Source of the DNA: a virus
Taxonomy: Duplodnaviria; Heunggongvirae; Uroviricota; Caudoviricetes
Length of the DNA: 15,441 bases
Reading direction: 5' to 3' (one strand)
IMG/VR virus record: IMGVR_UViG_3300005805_000069
Span: 1 to 15,441 of that record
This document shows, piece after piece, positions 1 to 6,500 of this stretch. Made by a program: the position numbers and the translations under genes. The stretch's first letter is position 1, and each line of letters starts with the position of its first letter. The notes below the pieces were generated by a model. That model was not told the DNA's origin. It worked only from the letters and a program-made list of their open reading frames with translations, and searched no databases.

Positions 1-3000
1 GAACTAAACGTAGCACTCGTTCCGCTTAATGCGCCACCCAGTGTAATCGTAGTACCATTGTCCTGAATCAAGCTATTGCCTATGGAAGTAGCAGATGTAA
101 ACTTAGGAATGTAATTGGTTGTACCACTTCCAGATATGCCACTAAAGGCGTTTACTAGATAGTTGTAGGCTATTATCTCCACGATGTCTCCTGCCACACA
201 AGCTATAGCCAACACAACGGTTGTTCCGTTGGTAGCTGTGAATTCAGCACCTGTAAGCCTACTACCATTGTAAAACACATCTATCAGTCCTACAGAGTAG
301 GTGACAGAGAATGTTGTCTGTCCACCTGTAGCTGTGAATGTTGTTATTGTCCTAAGGGTGTTGAATGGGGTGTATTCAGATCCATATATATACACCTCAA
401 TTACGTCATTGAGGGCAGCTGGATCTGTTAGCACCACAGTTGTGGTGTTAGATGCTGTAAAGTCTGTAGCGTTGTCTAGCTTTACACCGTTCCTATAGAC
501 ATCAAGCAGTCCTACGGTGTATCCACCAGTTATTGTAAATGTGGTTTGTCCTGCTGTAGCTACAAACCTTTGTAATTCTCTTGAATATAATGTTGCTGTA
601 CCAGAGGTACCAGATGTACCACTACTACCTGCAGATCCGCTAGATCCAGTGCCTCCACTGGTTCCTGAGCTTCCTGATGTACCAGATGTACCAGCACTAC
701 CAGTGCTACCACTTGAACCTGTTGCACCACTAGTACCACTGCTTCCAGATGTACCAGATGAGCCTGATGTTCCAGATGTACCTCCTGTTCCGTCAGTAGC
801 ACTTGTACCACTGGTGCCACTAGATCCACTGCTACCAGCTGTGCCACTAGAGCCTGCTGTACCTGAACTACCAGAGCTGCCAGAGGTTCCGCTTGTGCCA
901 TCTGTACCTGACGTACCAGATGTTCCCCCACTACCATCAGTGCCACTTGTACCTGAGCTACCACTAGAACCAGCTGATCCAGATGTTCCACTAGTGCCAT
1001 CTGTACCATTTATTCCACTGCTACCTGATGTACCACTTGTGCCAGAAGATCCAGCTGTACCACTGCTACCAGATGATCCAGAGCTACCACTGCTACCACT
1101 TGTACCTGTGGTGCCACTCGTACCACTAGTTCCTCCTGAGCCATCAGTACCACTAGTGCCTGAAGAGCCTGAGGTGGCACTTGTACCAGAGGTACCAGAA
1201 GAGCCAGATGTCCCAGACGTACCTGTGGTTCCACTAGTTCCATCTGTACCTGATGTTCCACTTGATCCAGTGAGACCAGATGTTCCAGATGTACCTGTTG
1301 TACCAGAGGTGCCTGTTGTACCTGAGGTTCCAGATGTGCCAGAAGTTCCGTTCACACCACTAGTACCAGAGGTACCAGAAGGAGGGGTGAATGTGGTTTG
1401 TGCGTAGGAATAATTACTTGTTCCTTCTGTATAGAATGTAATGTTTTGATTTCCTCCTCCAGTGTGTTCTGCATATATTTCGCAATAAAGCCTATCTGTA
1501 ACAAGCATTGCTGTTTGAGGCAGGAATAAATCTGTAAAAAATTCTTTTAGAATATTGGTGGTCATCACCTCAGTGTCAAGGTTGGTGGTTCCTAAAAACA
1601 CCACACTTCCACCTGTAGAGTCACATTTGTAAAGATCTACATCCACCTTCATGGTGACGTTAGCATCTATTGAGAAATGCGTCACCCATGCCCAAAGTCC
1701 TGAAGGTAAACTTATTACACCTGGATCATTTGAGTCTGTAGCATATGTAGCAATTAGTGTTCTAGTGTTACCAGCAACACTTGTTACCACTGTTTGTTCT
1801 GCCCCACCTGTAGGGGTGCCAGACCATTGTTTATATGTAGGAGTGCCTATTGCACTGCTAGTATTTACTGATTGGTTTAGGTAGTATACAAGTCCTCCAG
1901 ATATACCGTTAGCACCTGAAGAGCCTGAGCTACCTGCAGTGCCTGATGTTCCAGATGTACCTGCGCTTCCTGATGTGCCACTTGTACCACTGGTACCGCT
2001 TGTTGCACTTGTACCAGATGTACCACTTGTACCTCCAGAGCCGTCTGTTCCACTAGTGCCACTTGTTGCAGATGTTCCTGATGTACCAGCAGTTCCACTA
2101 CTACCTGATGTGCCTGAGGTGCCTCCTGTACCATCAGTGGCAGATGTACCACTAGTACCTGACGTACCGCTAGTGCCTGTTGTTCCACTAGACCCACTTG
2201 TACCTGTTGTTCCTGAAGATCCAGAAGTTGCACTAGTACCACTAGTTCCTGATGTTCCTCCACTACCGTCTGTACCAGAAGATCCTGATGTTCCAGAGGT
2301 GGCAGAAGTACCTGATGTACCGCTGGTTCCTCCTGTACCGTCCGTACCACTGGTTCCTGAAGTACCAGATGAGCCACTCGTAGCAGATGTACCACTTGTA
2401 GCAGACGTACCGCTGGTTCCTGTAGTTCCACTGGATCCAGAGGTAGCTGACGTACCTGATGTACCTGACGTACCTCCAGTGCCATCTGTAGCACTCGTAC
2501 CTGATGTACCACTGGTAGCACTTGTACCACTCGTACCTGTGGTACCAGAAGTACCAGAGGTGGCGCTTGTACCTGAACTTCCAGAGGTTCCACTGGTTGC
2601 ACTTGTTCCACTTGTACCAGAAGTGCCTGATGTACCTCCTGAACCATCTGTTGCACTTGTACCACTGGTGCCACTTGTTCCACTGGTCCCTGATGTACCA
2701 GCTGTTCCAGACGTACCAGAACTACCAGCAAAGCCAGAGAGGAACACATCCTCTATCTTCTCAATGACCACCTGAAGATTGTCATTGGTGTTAATGCCTG
2801 TATAGATTAAATTGGGTCCTTCATAAAAGACACAAGTGGCGTTTAACGTAATAGGGCATGGTTCTGCAGCACAGATGACAGGGCTAGTGATAAATGTTGA
2901 AGGAGTGCCACATTCCTTGTTAAGCAGTTTAGACAAAAAGGAAGATTGGCTAACAGCTGGGCTGTCATCCTCTACATTTGTATATATAGGCAACTCGTCT

Positions 3001-3083
3001 TGACAATTGGATGGCAAGGACTCACCTGAGCTACCAGATGATCCTGCACTTCCATGTTGAAATATTTTAGGAAGTACGTTCAT
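1..3083 (-). CDS. Large virion fibre protein (tail or head fibre) with two collagen-like G-T-S triplet tracts; 3'-partial, more than 1027 aa
   Basis: Absent from the ORF track (no stop inside the window). Translated by hand: ATG at 3083, 8 nt after the stop of the 131-aa gene, with A at -3; no in-frame stop down to base 1. Reads MNVLPKIFQHGSAGSSGSSG...CPITLNATCVFYEGPNLIYTGINTNDNLQVVIEKIEDVFLSGFA, then GTS tract, about 170-aa globular domain, second GTS tract, two ATxGQTTF beta repeats, and SGTTNYIPKFTSATSIGNSLIQDNGT. The open frame is certain; the fibre function is inferred from architecture and context. Confidence 0.9.
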   Translation of the reverse strand, partial: MNVLPKIFQHGSAGSSGSSGESLPSNCQDELPIYTNVEDDSPAVSQSSFLSKLLNKECGTPSTFITSPVICAAEPCPITLNATCVFYEGPNLIYTGINTNDNLQVVIEKIEDVFLSGFAGSSGTSGTAGTSGTSGTSGTSGTSATDGSGGTSGTSGTSGTSATSGTSGSSGTSATSGTSGTTGTSGTSATSGTSGTSATDGTGGTSGTSGTSATSGSSGTTGTSGTSATSGTSATSGSSGTSGTSGTDGTGGTSGTSGTSATSGTSGSSGTDGSGGTSGTSGTSATSGSSGTTGTSGSSGTTGTSGTSGTSGTSATDGTGGTSGTSGSSGTAGTSGTSATSGTSGTDGSGGTSGTSGTSATSGTSGTSGTSGSAGTSGTSGTAGSSGSSGANGISGGLVYYLNQSVNTSSAIGTPTYKQWSGTPTGGAEQTVVTSVAGNTRTLIATYATDSNDPGVISLPSGLWAWVTHFSIDANVTMKVDVDLYKCDSTGGSVVFLGTTNLDTEVMTTNILKEFFTDLFLPQTAMLVTDRLYCEIYAEHTGGGNQNITFYTEGTSNYSYAQTTFTPPSGTSGTSGVNGTSGTSGTSGTTGTSGTTGTSGTSGLTGSSGTSGTDGTSGTTGTSGTSGSSGTSGTSATSGSSGTSGTDGSGGTSGTSGTTGTSGSSGSSGSSGSSGTAGSSGTSGTSGSSGINGTDGTSGTSGSAGSSGSSGTSGTDGSGGTSGTSGTDGTSGTSGSSGSSGTAGSSGTAGSSGSSGTSGTSATDGTGGTSGTSGSSGTSGSSGTSGATGSSGSTGSAGTSGTSGSSGTSGGTGSSGSAGSSGTSGTSGTATLYSRELQRFVATAGQTTFTITGGYTVGLLDVYRNGVKLDNATDFTASNTTTVVLTDPAALNDVIEVYIYGSEYTPFNTLRTITTFTATGGQTTFSVTYSVGLIDVFYNGSRLTGAEFTATNGTTVVLAIACVAGDIVEIIAYNYLVNAFSGISGSGTTNYIPKFTSATSIGNSLIQDNGTTITLGGALSGTSATFS
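165..581 (-). repeat. Two tandem ~63-66 aa beta-rich protein repeats in the fibre
   Basis: Unit 1 (581-384): RELQRFVATAGQTTFTITGGYTVGLLDVYRNGVKLDNATDFTASNTTTVVLTDPAALNDVIEVYIY. Unit 2 (353-165): RTITTFTATGGQTTFSVTYSVGLIDVFYNGSRLTGAEFTATNGTTVVLAIACVAGDIVEIIAY. They align nearly colinearly. Confidence 0.85.
594..1376 (-). repeat. Triplet repeat tract 2: 87 (G/A)-X-Y triplets, mostly GTS/GSS/GTD/GTG
   Basis: 9-nt periodicity; Gly codons in register from 1374 to 600 (774 nt = 86 x 9) without interruption. Only 2 of 87 first positions are Ala. Confidence 0.95.
1377..1898 (-). other. About 170-aa globular, probably beta-sandwich, domain between the two triplet tracts
   Basis: GGLVYYLNQSVNTSSAIGTPTYKQWSGTP...DPGVISLPSGLWAWVTHFSIDANVTMKVDVDLYKCD...DRLYCEIYAEHTGGGNQNITFYTEGTSNYSYAQTTFTPP: alternating hydrophobic/polar strands rich in aromatic residues. 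The fold is inferred. Confidence 0.6.
1899..2726 (-). repeat. Triplet repeat tract 1: 92 (G/A)-X-Y triplets, mostly GTS/ATS with recurring (A/G)TD-G(T/S)G units
   Basis: Register kept from 2724 to 1905 (819 nt = 91 x 9). 13 of 92 first positions are Ala. Six xTD-GxG units. Synonymous codons are heavily varied. Confidence 0.95.
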
Positions 3084-3091
3084 GTTCTAAA

Positions 3092-3487
3092 TTAATGTAC
3101 GATTTTCAATACATCACCTGTACGATACACTTGGCCTGCAAACAGACCAGCAGCTGCAGCAGCAGCATTATCAGCATATTCAGGAGCTCCTGTATATCCT
3201 ACAGAGAGAACAATTCTCCAGTCTAGAGCACCTGTGCCTGTTGTTTGGGCATACAAAAGGTTCTTGGCTCCAGCTGTTCTTACATAAAGCTGACCCAAAT
3301 AAATGGCAGCATTTGTAGGAGCATTGGATCCTGTTACAGGAACCAGATTGTCATTTATCTTCTCTAATGCCACCTCTAGACTATCCAGAGGATTGATGTC
3401 AGCATTAGCTAGATATTCGCCATTATAGAGGATGCAAAGGGCATTCTCAAAAACAGCACAGGTTGGGCAAATTGCAGCAGTACGCAT
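3092..3487 (-). CDS. Small virion structural / short fibre-like protein (131 aa)
   Basis: AT-rich leader with A at -3. N-terminal CxxYxGxxLxxxxINxxDxLxVxxEKIxD module shared with the downstream fibre; middle GSNAPT...GQLYVRT...W; C-terminal YADNAAAAAAGLFAGQVYRTGDVLKIVH, a motif type I associate with phage fibre proteins (recall, not a search result). Confidence 0.8.
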   Translation of the reverse strand: MRTAAICPTCAVFENALCILYNGEYLANADINPLDSLEVALEKINDNLVPVTGSNAPTNAAIYLGQLYVRTAGAKNLLYAQTTGTGALDWRIVLSVGYTGAPEYADNAAAAAAGLFAGQVYRTGDVLKIVH

Positions 3488-3492
3488 GTTAG

Positions 3493-3523
3493 CAAAATTA
3501 GTTGTTATTAATTAATTTTCAAT
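3493..3523 (-). promoter_or_regulatory. Bacteroidota housekeeping-sigma-type promoter (-33 TTG / -7 TAnnTTTG)
   Basis: Minus strand reads ATTG (3523-3520), a 19-nt spacer, TAATTTTG (3500-3493), then CTAAC-ATG. This matches the TTTG-N19-21-TAnnTTTG consensus with one mismatch in -33, in the only sizeable intergenic gap. Confidence 0.65.
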
Positions 3524-3530
3524 GGGTTAT

Positions 3531-3554
3531 AAAAAGTTTTGGCTATAATATAGC
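3531..3554 (-). terminator. Weak terminator or operator candidate: palindrome GCTATA-T-TATAGC followed by a T5 run
   Basis: Perfect 6-bp inverted repeat at 3542-3554, 6 nt after the TAG of the 1562-aa gene; TTTTT lies 6 nt further on. The stem is AT-rich and the spacing is atypical for an intrinsic terminator. Confidence 0.25.
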
Positions 3555-3560
3555 TATGTC

Positions 3561-6500
3561 CTATCTAATTCCGTAGTTAGATTGAACCCTCAAACCAAGG
3601 TCTTTGGCTAGGTCAGGATAGAACATAGGAAGGTAGCCAGCCATCTGGTTTGTGAAGGGGAATGTCTTAAGCCAGTATTTGATCACCTTGATCTCCTCAA
3701 CAGACTCATCATCACCTGTAGCAAGTGCCCAGTTCTCTCTAAAGAAGTTCACTGTACCCTTTCTAAAGTTTTCTACAAGTCCTAGGGATGGGAATATACC
3801 GCTGGATACAAGATTCTGGAAGCTGGTGGGATCGTAGAAATATGTCAACTCATCCTTGAACTTGTCAGCAGCCTTCACCATGAATCTATATCTAGCTTTT
3901 GTAGCTGCATCTTCTTCATCATCAGGCATGTTTGCTTTGAGGGCAGCCACAAGGATGAACATTGTTGTCAGGAATATAACATCGTACATCTGGTTTCTAA
4001 TGTTGCTTCTAACCAGGTCCATGAACTCAGCTTCTGACATATTCAGGGTTTTACCTGTGTCTTTCTCATAGTCAGCCTTTTTCTTTTCAAACAGCTCTCT
4101 CATGAAATCCACACCCCTCTGATTAGCTACAAGGGATCCATATAAATTGTTAAGGCTTCCTATCAGGTCCTCTGAAAATATGCGGAACACCATTCTCATT
4201 CTACCCCACTCATAGGCATCTGAAGCATTGTTATACTTGAGATTACCCATACGTACATCTACCAGACGTGGAATCCAGTTCTTGAATATCATGAACGACT
4301 TACCGTATATAGTGAGGTTGATCTTTCTTAAATCATCTTCAGACAAGTTACCAAGAGCATCCTTTGTAAGTTGTTGCACATTCCTTCTGAGCCTAACAAC
4401 ACTTTCAGATTTTCTGTTTACACCAGGTATAACAAACTCATTATCAACAACTTGTGCCACTTTTAATATTCCTTTCTCCTCAACAAGTCTTTTCACCTCA
4501 TCTTCAAACTTCTGTTCAAACGCTCTTCTGTCTTCCACTGTACCAGCATATTTCTCTGCATACTCAGGTTGAGATCTCAAGAACTCTCTTGCATTCACCA
4601 CCTCTCCATCCTGCACTATGGTGTTCTTAAGGAAGGCATAGAAGTTGGCTGTTTGTACAGCCCAGTCAGACTTTCTCATGAAATACATAAGAGCGTCTTG
4701 TAGGTTCTGCTGGTTTAACTTATTAAGAGACAAGCTGTTAGCCACATCCCTGTTATAGTTTTCTGTCAATGGAAGGAAATAATCCAGAGCACCAATCACT
4801 TTCTTTCTGTCTTCCACGCCAGCAAGTTTACCAACAAACAGCATTGCCTCAGCACTTGCATAGTCTGTCTTGGTAAAATACTTACCAGAGTTGATTACAG
4901 ACTGAGCATTACCACCAAAGAAGTTGGAAGTTGCAGATAGTGCATTCAGTCCTAATGTGGTTATTTGGAATGTATTGTTGAGCTGGTTGATCACCTTGTT
5001 AACACTGATCTGTCTGCCGTCCAAGTTCTTTGGGAATATATTCATACCCAACTTGTCATTTATCTTATCACCCCACTTACCAATGTTGCCTAGAAGCTGG
5101 TCAAAGGTTTCGCTTTGTACAAACTTCTGACCATAGATAATGGATTTCATCATGTCTTCAACAAGCTTAGTGTTCTCATTATTATCTGGAGTGTATTGGA
5201 GTACACCATCTTTGTATTCAGTTCTACCAAACACAGATGTGGCAATAGCCTTTTTGTTTCTTTCTACAGCTACAAGCGCTCTCACCTGATCCTCAATCTC
5301 ACTGAGATATTGATATCTAATAGCAGCCTCATTATATAAAGCCATTGTTCTGAACAGGTCATCACTCACTTCTCCTTCCACCTCTCTTGCAAAGTATTTA
5401 GGAATAACATCTATAGGCTTACCTGTCAAAGGATCAATCTGACCCATTCCTATATCTCCCTCATCAATTGATATGTCTCTAAAGAACTGCTCACCAAGTC
5501 TTACATTTCCTCCCATGACAAGTTTCTCTACAAGACTCTTTCTTACAAACGGAAGGAACACACGAGCCTCAGCTCTACCTATATAACCAAGCTCACGATA
5601 GATTTCATTTCTTTCTTTGATGTAATTATAGAAGTCTAGAGCAGGTTTATTGGCAGGATTGTTCAACTCTCTCCATTCTTTAGACTCCCAGTTCTCACGT
5701 TTAGGATGGAGCTTTACAAAGTCATACAACAACCATCCAGCACTTTCTGTAGTGGATGTGTTATAAAGAAGCTTAGCTTGGTTCTTTTCACGGGTGATTT
5801 CAGCATTGATTTCTGCCTCTGTACCCACCCTATGTTTGTTCTCTATTCTCTCAAACTCTTCTGCTAACTTTTTGCTCAGGAACTCATTGTACTCAGACAC
5901 ATTAATGTTATCTCTAACCCATTGAGAGTCTTTCTCTTCTATCTTCTTCTTAAGGGTGGAATAGAACTCAGGATTGAATTCATCAATCAGTTCGTTCTTA
6001 TTCTTCTTCTTAATGATGTTGAAGTAGTCTTTTTGTGAAAGTCCTTTTGATGCAGCCCATTTGTCATACGCATCCTTCAGAGACTTCAGCCTTTTGCTTT
6101 CTGTTAGTGTGTCATATCCTGCAAGGGCAAAAGCCTTGTTTGCCTTCTTGTACAACACTTCCATAGCTTTGAGCTGTATGGTGGCTGTAGAAGCAAACAG
6201 TCTTGTAATACCTTTTACAATCTTTTCAGGAGACAATAGGCTATCTACCCCTTCACTCTTAGCAATGATTTCAGATGTGTAGTCGTTTAGAATCTCATTC
6301 AGGGATGATTGTATATCTCTAGCGTCATCAGCAGCATCTCTTAAATCGTCTTTAAGTTTCTTATCTTCCTCAGACAACTCTCCAGTGAATAGTCCTCTCA
6401 GGTCTGTGTCAAGATTGACATAAGTGTTAATAGCATCTTGGGCTGTCTGTAGTTCTTCAGCAAAGTTATTTATTTCCTTCTGGCTAAACTGTGAAGGATC

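Noticed and set aside
535-1402. Short DNA similarity GTRAATGTGGTTTGT (QTTFT) at about 535-549 and 1387-1401
   Set aside because: Only about 15 nt and 5 aa, and the flanks do not align; too short to support a duplication or recombination site.
594-2726. 9-bp periodic DNA as a CRISPR array, satellite or diversity-generating retroelement repeat
   Set aside because: There is no constant repeat with unique spacers, variation is concentrated at synonymous positions, and there is no adenine-specific template/variable pair or reverse transcriptase.
560-2749. Minus-strand Val/Gln/Leu-rich ORFs 560..1009, 1010..1261 and 1877..2749
   Set aside because: These are shifted frames of the same repeats. G/T/S codons lack a middle T, so stops rarely arise in that frame; this is no evidence of overlapping genes or programmed frameshifting.
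517-2775. Plus-strand Pro/Val-rich ORFs 517..1407 and 1939..2775 (VPDVPLVP...)
   Set aside because: They are antisense shadows of the Gly-Thr-Ser tracts (reverse-complemented GGN codons give CCN) and they end where the repeats end. The minus frame is open across both tracts and the flanking domains.
3540-3563. TAG recoding or read-through, as in some crAss-like phages
   Set aside because: All genes are fully open under the standard code, with no internal TAG or TGA. The TAG at 3561 is followed by a second in-frame TAG at 3543-3545 and an AT-rich promoter region.
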